Below, piece by piece: positions 38,600-50,460 of a DNA stretch of 64,000 nucleotides. The position numbers were made by a program, and so were the translations under genes. Below the pieces are notes generated by a model. The model was not told where the DNA came from. It did no database searches and worked only from the letters and a program-made list of their open reading frames with translations. Source of the stretch: Takakia lepidozioides (lineage: Eukaryota > Plantae > Bryophyta); contig CM060732.1 of the NCBI GenBank assembly GCA_030704615.1, forward strand, positions 4,898,001-4,962,000, written 5' to 3'. Within the stretch, counting starts at the first letter, position 1. The number at the start of each line of letters is the position of its first letter.

Positions 38600-39862
38600 C
38601 ATGGAAGATCTCTTAATGCATCATGTGGGCGCTGACGCATCCCATGGAGAGGAAACCCGGCCAATCGATGATCCTGAAATGGCCCCCTCAAATGACACGG
38701 AGAGGGAGGCGATAACTCCCTTGTACGAAGGGGCGAAAGTGAGTCGACTTTCAACAATCTTACTTTTGCTCAATCTTCAAATTCGATTTGGCATAAGTAA
38801 TGTTGGGATGTCTGCCATAATGCGAACTATTGCGGACTATATCCTTGCTCCACATTTGAAGCCCAAGATGCCACGGTCGCGGAAAGAGGCGCGCGAAGTC
38901 TTGGACTCGTGGGGATGGGCTATAAGATTTTTCATGCATGTCCATGTGATAAAACCCTATACTACGGAGAGGATTCGCATATCAACAGGTGCCCAAAGTG
39001 CAAGAAAGACTGATATTGGGATGATGTCCAAGGGAAAAAAGTACCACGCAAGGTATAAGCGTCATTTCCCCTCGCATGGAAATTATTTATTTTAATCTTC
39101 TCAATGCATGTAAAGTGTATTCCACAAAGTTTAGGGTCTTTTCCTAATGAGGGAGAGGGTGCATAAAGGGAAAGACATAAGGTGTTGTATTACGTGTGCT
39201 AATGGGATGATTACATGTGGGGGACGTGGGGTATTTCATACTAGAAAATGCATTACTTTTCGATGATCCCGCGATTGAAGGCACACTACCGAAGCCCCTC
39301 ATTGGCAACACTGATGAGATGGCATGGCTTGCATCGGAGCCCCCCGGGAAAGGTGTGCGGGCCACAAGATTCACGAGCATGGAGGCATACTGAAGAGATG
39401 TGGCCCTTTCTCTTGGAGGACCCACGACATGTCCGCCTCAGCTTCTCCTAGGATGGGGTCAACCCATACTCTGTCCAATCATGTAGTCATTCCACTTGGC
39501 CGGTGACCATGGTGAATTACAACATCCCTCCTTATCTTTCAATTAAAAAAAAATGCCATATTATGTTGGCTGCCATTGTACCAGGTGAGTGTTCCCATTT
39601 CATTCTTATTATTCATTTGGACTTTACATTAATCTTCTGATCTCTGGCGCAATTCGGATGCAAGATTGATGAGTGACATAATCATGGAGTAAGACGTGTA
39701 ATTCATTATGTAGTACATATTGGTGGAGCATTGAAACAATGATGTGAATGTCTCACAGGGAAAAAAAACAAGTGGCAAACATGGACACGTACTTGCGACC
39801 TCTAGTTGATGAACTTAAGGAGCTATGGAGGGGGGTCATGGCATTGGATGCTTCACTCAAAG
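38600..39862 (+). pseudogene. CACTA/En-Spm Tnp2-type transposase N-terminal part, intron-containing, truncated
   Basis: PLYEGAKVSRL; HACPCDKTLY...CPKC; IPRLKAHY...MRWH...DSRAW...DPRHVRLSFS*DGVNPY...STWPV...YNIPP; DTYLRPLVDELKELW. Confidence 0.88.
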
Positions 39863-39864
39863 TC

Positions 39865-42060
39865 ATAGTGTTGAACACTCCTTTTGCATCCTCGACGCAC
39901 CCACATTTTACAAATATGTCCACCAGGGTATTGTTCAGAATGACATCAGCTCTGAAGATGTCGCCATTTACAGAAGGGCAATAATGACATCAATTCCAGC
40001 TTTGATGATATCCCCATGCAGGGCTCGATGCACCCACATTTATATGTCCACCAGAACAGAAGACATTTGGTACAATTCCAGCTCTGAAGATGTCGCCATG
40101 GCCCTCTTTCCCCTCTTTCCAGAGCTGCCAGGGCAATGTTCAGAATAACATTTGGTACAATTCCAGCTCTGATGATATCCCCATGCACCTCTTTGCCCTT
40201 GTCCAGGGCTCGATGCACCCACATTTTGCATACATGTCCACCAGGGTATTGTTCAGAATGACATTTGGTACAATTCCAGCTCTGAAGATGTCGCCATGGC
40301 CCTCTTTCCCTCTTTCCAGAGCTGCCAGGGCAATGTTCAGAATGACAATTCCAGCTCTGATGATATCCACATGCACTTCTTTGCCCTTGTCCAAAGCTCG
40401 ATGCACCCACATTTTGCATACGTCCACCAGGGTATTGTTCGGAATGACATTTGGTACAATTCCAGCTCTGAAGATGTCGCCATGGCCCTCTTTCCCCTCT
40501 TTCCAGAGCTGCCAGGGCAATGTTCAGAATAACATTTGGTACAATTCCAGCTCTGATGATATCCCCATGCACCTCTTTGCCCTTGTCCAGGGCTCGATGC
40601 ACCCACATTTTGCATACATGTCCACCAGGGTATTGTTCAGAATGACATTTGGTACAATTCCAGCTTTGAAGATGTCGCCATGGCCCTCTTTCCCCTCTTT
40701 CCAGAGCTGCTAGGGCAATGTTCAGAATGACAATTCCAGCTCTGATGATATCCCCATGCACCTCTTTGCCCTTGTCCAGGGCTCGATGCACCCACATTTT
40801 GCATACATGTCCACCAGGGTATTGTTCAGAATGACATTTGGTACAATTCCAGCTCTCAAGATGTCGCCATGGCCCTCTTTCCCTCTTTCCAGAGCTGCCA
40901 GGGCAATGTTCAGAATGACAATTCCAGCTCTGATGATATCCACATGCACTTCTTTGCCCTTGTCCAGGGCTCGATGCACCCACATTTTGCATACGTCCAC
41001 CGGGGTATTGTTCAGAATGACATTTGGTACAATTCCAGCTCTGAAGATGTCGCCATGGCCCTCTTTCCCCTCTTTCCAGAGCTGCCAGGGCAATGTTCAG
41101 AATAACATTTGGTACAATTCCAGCTCTGATGATATCCCCATGCACCTCTGTGCCCTTGTCCAAAGCTCGATGCACCCACATTTTGCATACGTCCACCAGG
41201 GTATTGTTCAGAATGACATTTGGTACAATTCCAGCTCTGAAGATGTCGCCATGGCCCTCTTTCCCCTCTTTCCAGAGCTGCCAGGGCAATGTTCAGAATA
41301 ACATTTGGTACAATTCCAGCTCTGATGATATCCCCATGCACCTCTTTGCCCTTGTCCAGGGCTCGATGCACCCACATTTTGCATACATGTCCACCAGGGT
41401 ATTGTTCAGAATGACATTTGGTACAATTCCAGCTCTGAAGATGTCGCCATGGCCCTCTTTCCCCTCTTTCCAGAGCTGCCAGGGCAATGTTCAGAATGAC
41501 AATTCCAGCTCTGATGATATCCCCATGCACCTCTTTGCCCTTGTCCAGGGCTCGATGCACCCACATTCTATCCGCATGTCCACCAAAGTATTGTCAGAAT
41601 GACATTTGGTAGCTCTGAAGATGTGGCCATGGAACTCTTTCCCCTTTTCCAGAGCTGCCAGGGCAATGTTCAGAATGACATTTGGTACAATTCCAACTTT
41701 GATGCTATCCCTATGCACCTCTTTGCCCTTCTCCAGGGCTGCCAGGTTTGCACAAGCATTGAAAATGCTCACAAACATGATGTGGCCGGGCTTCACCCCT
41801 TCCCCCATCGTTTGATGATAGAGCACTAGAGCCTTCATCCCACGTCCTTGTTGTGCATACCCTGCAAGCATCGCGTTCCACGACACCACATCTTGTTTAG
41901 CCATAGTGTTGAAAACTCCCTTCACATCCTCGATGCACCCACATTTTGCATACATGTCCCCAAGGGTATTGTTCATAATGACATTTGGTACAATTCCAGC
42001 TCTGACAATGTCACCATGGACCTCTTTGCCCTTTTCCAGAGCTGCCAGGCTTTGCTGGAA
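39865..42060 (-). pseudogene. PLS-class PPR gene relic with a tandemly amplified ~186-198-bp segment
   Basis: ALEKGKEVH...NNTLGDMYAKCGCIED...VVSWNAMLAGYAQQG...FVSIFNAC; about 8 near-identical frameshifted units. Confidence 0.9.
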
Positions 42061-42329
42061 GCCCATTTAATCACCTTTGTCTCTACATCTGCTGACTTGG
42101 CTTCAAATTGATGCAAGAAATGACTGCAGTGTTCCTAAAATCTCTTCTATTGTAAATGCACATGCTAGTCCCATCCTCACATTGTATACACATGAAATTG
42201 AGTGGCAACAAGTGAATAGAAATAGGTAAATGATTTATTTCATTTCTAGGAGTATTAGTATTCTCTATCCTTGCCTTGAGTGTTATCCAACGGGGGAGTG
42301 GTTGACCCTTCGCTTCATGTACAGATATC

Positions 42330-42493
42330 AGAAGAAGGACAAAGAGGTCCATGGTTGCATCGTCAAAGCTGGAATTGTGGCAGATGTCATTCTGAACAAT
42401 ACCCTTGTGGACATGTATGCCAAGTGTGGGTGTTTTGAGGATGCAAAGCAAGTGTTCGAGAAAGTGGTCTGTGAAATCCCCCATGGGTCATGA
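42330..42493 (+). pseudogene. PPR motif fragment, opposite strand
   Basis: KEVHGCIVKAGIVADVILNNTLVDMYAKCGCFEDAKQVF. Confidence 0.8.
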
Positions 42494-42807
42494 CACAAGG
42501 TCGAGGACAATGTGGTGAGGGCACCTTCTTCTTCAGCCTATTTCAGCCTATTTTGTCCTCTCATTAGGCTCGTCCCTGAATTTGCATGTTGAATTCTGTA
42601 TTTTAGCTCGTTGGGTGGATTTGCATGGGTACATGGTCAACTGGAAACAGCAGCGGCAGAAGCACAATTGATAGAACCAGGCACCACTAATGAAGGCACC
42701 TTCTTCAACACATTTTAGCCTGTTTCCCTGTTATCAGAGTCGTCCCTATTTTTCATGTTGAATTCTGCAAGTACGCTGGTTGAGTGAATCTAGTTTGGAG
42801 TGACTTT

Positions 42808-43346
42808 GACATGATACTGCCAATGTGACAACAATAAAGTGTCCTTGAAAATAGGTAATAGATATGAGGAGAAGCTATGGAATGAATACTTTTCTGACCC
42901 CAGTCAATGGTGGGATAACCGAGGCAAAAAGGTGTATGCCCGTTGTAAGCAGACGCAAGTCAGCATAGGAACTAGTGTGATAAGTAGGTTGGGGTGTTTG
43001 CTGGAAGAGTTCTAGGCTGTCATTGTCAGCTGCTAGCAGCAAGGCAAGGATGTATGCATGATCTGTGCAGAGGCATGGATAGCTGAAGGAGCAGGGATAG
43101 AGTGTGGGTTGCCTAAGGCAAATACATTAGGCGATTAGGCGATTTGTTCTAGGGAACACCCAACTCAACTTATCAAACTATGCTGAATTACGTCTGCTAC
43201 TCTCTGAAATGTAACAAACATTCACTTTTTTGCCTCGGTTGTCCTATCATTGACTGGGGTTAGAAAAGTATTCATTCCATAGCTTCTCCTCATTGTTTTT
43301 TGATACTTTCCTGTTGTCACATTGGCAATACACATCTGACATGATA
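42808..43346. repeat. Inverted duplication containing an OSB-type PDF-motif exon fragment
   Basis: + strand 42866-42931 reads EEKLWNEYFSDPSQWWDNRGKK then GT; the inverted copy at 43224-43346 has stops at the WW codons. Confidence 0.7.
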
Positions 43347-44076
43347 CCTGGTATTGGTTTTTGTAATACTATGGTTAATAACCGACTAATATTGGCAATT
43401 CCAATACTATGGTTGATAACTGGACCGGCTGGTATTGCCAAGGCAATACCCGGGTGTATACCCGTATCATGGGCAAAAACAAGGACTATACCATGGTATG
43501 AATAGGAAATTGGCTGTGCACAATATGTCAGGGGTCAGGGTAAGAGGTGCACATGTCAGGGAGGGTATGTCGAGCCCCAAGGGCCCTCCACTATGTATGC
43601 TTCATTTCTTAGCACATGTAGGGCGGGCCCGCCCCTATTCTTTATTTTTTTTAGCACATGTAGGGTGTCTTATATGGTTGCAATCAGTCTTCTTTTAACT
43701 AAGCTTGCTTCAATTTGGATACAATAATCTGCAACGTTGTTATTATGTAATGCAATTTTGCAACATAATAATTAATTTATTTGTGAAATCAACTGAAATC
43801 TTCTAAATTCAATGCATATTAATGATTTAGTGGTTATTTTTATTTTTATTTTTAATTACTTATACCCGGGTTGATAACCAGCTGGTATTAGATTGGAATA
43901 CCCATCCTATTGATACCCGTCCGCAAATCGAAATCATACTACTATTGAGAACCGGCGGGTATTAACATTAAGGGAATCTTTCAATACTATGGAACCGGCT
44001 GGTATTGCAAAAAAAAATAAAAAATCATTACCCGGACCCGGCTGGTATTAGAAAAAGTAATACCGGCCCAACACTG
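43345..44076. mobile_element. 5'-truncated hAT-type MITE
   Basis: ATACC/CCGG-rich; ends TACCGGCCCAACACTG followed by GTTCACAC. Confidence 0.6.
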
Positions 44077-44084
44077 GTTCACAC

Positions 44085-44814
44085 CAGTGTTGGACCGGTA
44101 TATAGGTCTTGGGCGGGTATCAACTAGGGTAAGGGTAATGGTATGAAGGATCATACCAGGCGGGTACCTACAAGGGCAAAACCCAGCAATACCCTGGTGG
44201 GGTAGGATATATGGACTTCTAAACCCTAGTGCAAAACAGACTAGTCGGGTCTTCTTCCTCGCGCTACCATTCCAATACCATGCATGCGTCGGTTGAGGGA
44301 CAAGATGCAGGGGTAGGGTTTAGGGTAGTTTTCATTAGGGATACAAACTACATAGAGCATTTTCAAGAGGGCACTTCAATGAGATTTGAGGCAGATTTGA
44401 CAAGATGCAATGTTAGTGTCTGCTCTTCAAGAATGGTAGAGAAGAGTTAGGGGCCATTTGGGATATTTTTCAATATTGAAATGGGCCATTTGAATAGTTG
44501 AAATCTTAATGTGATTTAAAAGGCCTCAGTCCCTTTTTTACTTCTATTTTTATTTTTATTTTTATCGCTAGAAAGAACTGCACTAGTGTAGCTGGTACCA
44601 GACCCTGGCACATACCAGGCTGGTATGACTTTTAGAATTTTGTTTAATACCATACCAGTCAGATTTTCACTTTGATACCATACCATATACCATACCAGGC
44701 TATTAAATTTACACATCATTTGATACCAGTACCATACTGGTTTCAATAATTCAACTGTACCCCAATACCATTACCCTAGTGGTATCAAAAAACCATGATA
44801 CCAATCCAACACTG
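44085..44814. mobile_element. hAT-type MITE (730 bp)
   Basis: TIRs CAGTGTTGGACCGGTAT / ATACCAATCCAACACTG; exact 8-bp TSD GTTCACAC at 44077-44084 and 44815-44822. Confidence 0.88.
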
Positions 44815-45517
44815 GTTCACACCTTGTACACCAAATGAACACAAGAAGAATACCCCCCTCTTTCCTTGTTCGGGAAAGCTTTTATTCAAATTCAGATCCA
44901 AGTCACGGACACGCGTCAAGGTGCAAGAGGCTATATGCCACATCATCATGTCAAGGGATAAGCGCTGCAAAGTATTTATGTATAAGTAACGGTATACTAG
45001 AGTAGATATGACAGAGTAGCTTGCAACAACTCTCTAAAATATGGGCCATCACACCATTACACGAAGGAAGATAAACTTGTTATCTGTTATTTTTAGGATG
45101 CCAGCTAGTGCCAAGTTTTTGTTTCTCGACAAGACAGAAGGCCACGTCGACAAGTTCTGGCTAAACCCTAATATATTTTAGCCAAAAAATCACATTATTT
45201 TTAGCCAAATAACTATATTGTTAATAGTTGAATTATTGAAGGGGAAGAAGAGTTAAATCTCAAAGGGTGCCATATGGCCTCAACAGTCAACCATAACCAA
45301 GAAGAAAAACCCTAACATATTTTTTACATTTATTCTAATGATCTTAAATTGGAAAATAAAATTTAAAAAAAATCTATTTACGTTCATTGTAGGGATCCCT
45401 TATAGCGTTCTAAGCCGCTCTAAGGATTTCATAGAGAGGGAAAACAAATCGGTCAACCATGATGAAGAAGATAAACTTAACATATTTTTTTCATTTATTC
45501 TAACGATCCCTTAATAT

Positions 45518-45690
45518 CCTAGTTATCATTCCTGACGTGACGTGGCGCTGACATGTCGGCCGTCACGTCACGTCGAATCCGGACGTTTACCCATGTAATT
45601 TTTTTTACATTTGACTTTTACGATTTACTTCTACCATTTGTAATGACATGGCAACCACGGTGTAAAACAGACGTGGCCAATTATTAATAT
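45518..45690 (-). mobile_element. Right terminus of the outer element, in inverted position
   Basis: CCTAGTTATC...TGACGTGACGTGGCG is homologous to the reverse complement of the inner right end; preceded by CTTAATAT, the reverse complement of the left flank ATATTAAG. Confidence 0.7.
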
Positions 45691-45714
45691 TTATTAATTA
45701 TTTTTAAAAATGTG

Positions 45715-46395
45715 TCCGCCTATACTGGCGGTCGCATATAATTTATTATTTTTAAAATAAAAGTGACCGCCCATATTGGCGGTCGCTTGTAATTTAATAT
45801 TTTGTTAAATTAAGCGACCGCCTATATTGGCGGTCGCCGGTAATTTATTTATTTTTAAATGAAGCGACCGCCCATATTGGCGGACGCTTGTATTGTATTA
45901 TATTTTAAATAAAATATATTGGCGGTCGGTTGAAGTTTATTATGTTTTAAATGAAGCGACCGCCCAGATTGGCAGTCGTTCGCACTTTATTATATTATTA
46001 TTATTATATCTTTGATATATTCTGTAAAAATATAGCGATCGCCATGTGGCAGTCGCAATATATATATTTTAAATTTAGTGACCGCCATTTGGCGGCCGTC
46101 GCTTTTTTTGTTAATAAAGAATACAACGACCGCCATTTGGAGGCGGTTGCTCGATTTGATTTTGATTCTTAAATTAAGCGACTGCCGTTTGGCGGTCGCT
46201 TACTTAATATTTTTTTTTAAATGAAGCGACAGCCATTTAGCGGCAGTCGCTTATTTATATTTTGAATCTTGAATTAAGCGACAGCCAGTAGGCGGTCGCT
46301 TATTTAATATTTTTTTAAAAAAAACAGCGACCGCCATGTGGCGGTCGCTCTTCTTGTTTTTATAAATATGTCGACTGCCATGCGGCGGTCGCGTG
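45715..46395. repeat. Subterminal GCGACCGCC palindrome array
   Basis: About 14 units, same type as 9437-10315. Confidence 0.9.
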
Positions 46396-47112
46396 TTTTT
46401 TTTTTCTTAGAAATCCAGGGACCCGCCGTGTGGCGATTTGTTTTTAATTTTTTAATCATGAAGCGGCGTCTGGCCAGCCACGTGACGAGGTACCACGGGT
46501 CAGGAAAAACGAAACAAATGGGATGGGGGGAGGTGGTTTTGAACCCTTGACCTCTCCCATGTGGATGCGCGTGGCGAGGTGCGACTGGCCAGTCGCGCCG
46601 CGCTGACACGTGGTGAGGCACCACTTGCCTGTCACGCCTTTTCAAGCATAATGCCATTTTGGGGGGGGGGGAGAAGGGCTGGTGGGCGCCTATATAAACC
46701 ATTCCCCCCTCCTTTTCTGATCACTTTTGCCCTTCTCGTGGTACGGTTCATTGGCATCATGTAGTCCTTTCGGACTTCGTTCGAGGACCAATTTACGGGA
46801 GGTTGTTGGTATTCAATGCTACAAAGGTTGTACGACAACAACAAGGAGAGTCACATTAGCCCATGTAGTACTTCGGTTCATGGGCAAGCCATTCAATTGG
46901 ACTGAGCCGAAATACGTATATAGGACGGAGTAGACCATAGTCTCGTAGATATGAGATTTGTGGTGGTACAATGGTTCTTTTATGAAGACATAACTCAATT
47001 TTGATTGTGCATGTAATAAATAAAGTCACATTGTAAATACTACATTGCATATGTTCGACCCTGACATCTGTCATCGCAACATAAATGGTTTGTGTATTGG
47101 CTCACTATTTAT

Positions 47113-47468
47113 ATTTGTAATGTTCCAAGGTTTCGGAAGGGTTATGAGAAAACGATATATTAGTTCCGTATGAGTTAGACAACAAACGTCTCACATCTCA
47201 TTCAACTGTGCGACACTACCATGAGAGGCATGGATCAGAAAGTAATAGGTGCACATGCGACCTCCGAACGTTTGATACTAGGTCCAGCGAATGGTTTACT
47301 TGAACGTCCGGAGGTCGCATGTACACCTATTACTTTTTGATCCATGTCACTCATGGTAGTGTCGACATTTGAATGAGATATGGAACGTTTGTTGTCTAAC
47401 TCCTATGGAGCCAATATATCATTTTCTCAGTACCTTGTCAAAAACATTGAAACATTCGAAGTTACAAA
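47113..47468. repeat. Long imperfect hairpin (~160-bp arms)
   Basis: 47119-47275 is the reverse complement of ~47300-47457 with scattered mismatches. Confidence 0.85.
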
Positions 47469-47753
47469 CAGTGCCACAAGACACGGCCGGTTTTGTTGAA
47501 ATGACATCTGTGAGGTTCGAGCGTATGCAATTTATTATTTACAACAAAACTTTATTTACTCGGGGGACCGGTATTGCTGCTGGAGCGCAACTGATGGTGC
47601 GAGTTCTCTATTGATTACAGCTGTCACAACCAATGTCAACAATCATATTTACGGTAAGGTGTTTCATGCTATTGTTGTTCCTCTAGCTGAATTATGTAGT
47701 ACTCTTTTTGAATTCTGTGAACTGCTACGTAACAATGCATGTTGGAAACGCAG

Positions 47754-50460
47754 GTAATGACGAATGCGAAGGAGCAAGTCGTAATGCATACAAATTTGTT
47801 CGGCTTGTATGTCAAATGGGATGGAACACAGACATTGGAAGACTACGTGACACGTTTCAGATGTGCGTACAAGGACAACCTCTTCGCCAGGGAGCTGCAG
47901 ACAGCAAGAACGAGCGTGGAGTTTACACACCAGAAGGGGGCGGGAAAAACTACAATGCGAATTGTGTACAGGTGAACCCCAGCTCCCGTTGTATGCAAAA
48001 GCTGGGTTATGAGGTTTGCCTGGGAAATGCAGCACAGCATTCGCACTTTATCTTTTTGGTTGCACTCTGCAAATACATGGTCATAACTTGTGCTCACGCA
48101 TGCTGACTGTCTTGCAGGTATATGAAATACGTGCTTCTTAAGACAGGGGCCCTGGCTCAAGAGCCACCGTTCTTCATGGCTTGGACCGTGGCGGGCCCAA
48201 GCTGTGTCTACCTACCAGAGATGCATAAACAATGGCATGCCGCGCATCTCGTTGGATGCCCGTGGTACTTGGACATGTCTGGCGGACTTGTTGATGAATC
48301 GGAAAAAGATCTACACACGAAAGCGGAGGAGAGGAGAAAGGAAAGACGTGTCCCTGCTGGGCCTGAGTCGGCAAAGGACGCCACTGCTCTGGAACAATCC
48401 AGAAAGACAGCTGAGATGGCATAGAAGACGGTGGATGCAGCTGTGCAGGCTCAACAGAAGGGGTCGAAGAAGAGGACTCGCCAGCAAGGAACAACAGTTG
48501 TGACACCCAAGAAGACGAAGAAGCAGAAACAGAAAGAGCAGGAAGAGGGTGACGAAGAGGACTCCGATGGAGACTTTGCAACCAGCCCACCCCCCAAAAC
48601 GCAGCCGAAATCCCCTGTACCCACGGTTGTCACCTAAGGGACGAGAATAGGCTCAGCAAAGAAGACACTCTTCAACCCCCCGGGGGGGGCACCCTTTCGA
48701 GCCGGTGGAAATGAAGAGGCCGAAAGTGGAGCCAGAAACAGTAGTTCAGTGTGTCAATGAAAGTTTCTTGGCGGCTTTGGATGGACGGGCAGCGAAGTTG
48801 GCATACTCAAGACCATGGAGGGTCTGAAGGGCAGAGCACTGAAGAAGGCGGCTGAAGCAGAGCCTTCTAACACCCCTGGGTTTCTGAAGATGGTCTCGTT
48901 CTTTGAGAAGGTGTGTGCAGGGAAGGATTGCAGGAGGGGCGGAAAAGCCACCGAGTGGTCTTGCGATATGATCATCTTGGATATCCCGGACGGAGAGCCT
49001 GTGGAAGGATTGCAAGCTTTGCCATCTTGGAATAGGTACTCCGAGGACTTTTGGAAGAAAGGATTCGGGCTCGCCCGCATGGTGTTGGACGACAGAGGCT
49101 GTGTGGTTGTCCTGGCGAGCAGAGGCAAAAACACGGAGACAGGAATTGCGAAGTGGACCCGCAAGAGCACCGTCCCAATTTTGAAGAAGAAGTGGACATG
49201 CATCAACACATTGGGCCTTCGGTCGGAAGGGAAGAAGGTAATTAGGACATTAGCAATCGTCCTTTCATTTTGTAACCTATTTTGAAATGCGGTGCCGCAT
49301 TCGATTCCTAATCATTCCCCACTGTGTATGCAGACGAAGCAGTTCGATGCACACTGCTTTGTGAAGGAGAACTCGACCTTTGCTTTCCGGAAGGAGGGAT
49401 TGCTGGTTGACCCAAACTGCAACCCCATCGATTACGACGTCCTGTTCAACAACGTTCCCACATAACTCCTCCCCCATAGCCTCACTTCAACGGATCCCCT
49501 GTGGTATTCAAGGACTCGGAGCCCTGCCTTCATTCAGACAATTATGGAGGCATGCATTGACCTGGAGGGCAGAGTGCTGGACCTCATCTGTGGAACAGGT
49601 ATGTGGATTCTTGTACTATGCTGTTCTGTGAATTCTCATTTTGTTCAAATTTGCCATGTGTGAAGGGCCAATTTTTAATGAGTGGATGGCATTGTAACAG
49701 GTGCCTCAATGTGGGCTGGGCGATTTTCCGACCGGCACCTGTTTGCCTACGAGGAGGACACATCCGTCTGGGGATCCCATCTGGAAGGGCTTCAACGGAA
49801 TGTGAAGGCTCCCATCGAAGCCAAAGATACCTCGGATGATTCGTCGGACTCGGAGGAAGAGACAATGGACATTGATGCCGAGGAGAACCCGGAATACGAG
49901 TGAGTGCAAACATTGTAAGTTTGCAAAGCCTTCTGGGTGATTTTTTGTCAAACGCATTTCCGGACTGTGGTTCTCATTGGTCTCGTGGGTGATTGTTATG
50001 TGCAGGATTCCAGGATCCGGGTCGAAACCTGTAGGGCCTACATTTCTTGCCAGGAAGAATGTCCCGTTCTTTGCGAGGACCAACTTCATGAAGAGCCCGG
50101 TGAAGGACTACTCCCTTCTTAGTTATGCAGTTAAACTTGCAAATACCACGATTAGACGATGTGAGAATCCCAGTAAAGTGGAGCTGATTTTTGAGAGGGC
50201 TAGGGAGGACAGAAGGATAAGGAAAGAGTTGGCAGCAGCTGAGACAGGTAGACGGGTGCGAAAGTATATATGTGATTCAGCGGAAGAGAGCGATGCAGAC
50301 ATGGAGGACGACGACCCAACGGAGGTGAGATGGTCAGTTCCGCAAGGGGAAGATGGGATTCTCGAAGCCTGGCCAATGAGCAGTCCGCTGGACATGAGAA
50401 AGGCAATGACGGGGTGGAGGGGGAGCAGGACAGTCAAGGACAGGATGACGATAGTGATGA
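47754..50460 (+). pseudogene. Multi-exon beta-class N6/N4 DNA methyltransferase-like gene (copy 1)
   Basis: DMIILDIPDG (motif IV position), then RSPAFIQTIME, VLDLICGTG/ASMWAGRFSDRHLFAYEED (motifs X, I, II) across GT-AG introns; stops and frameshifts upstream. Confidence 0.65.

Noticed and set aside
39946-41289. Intact 447-aa protein
   Set aside because: It alternates between PPR and off-frame translations of a tandem repeat
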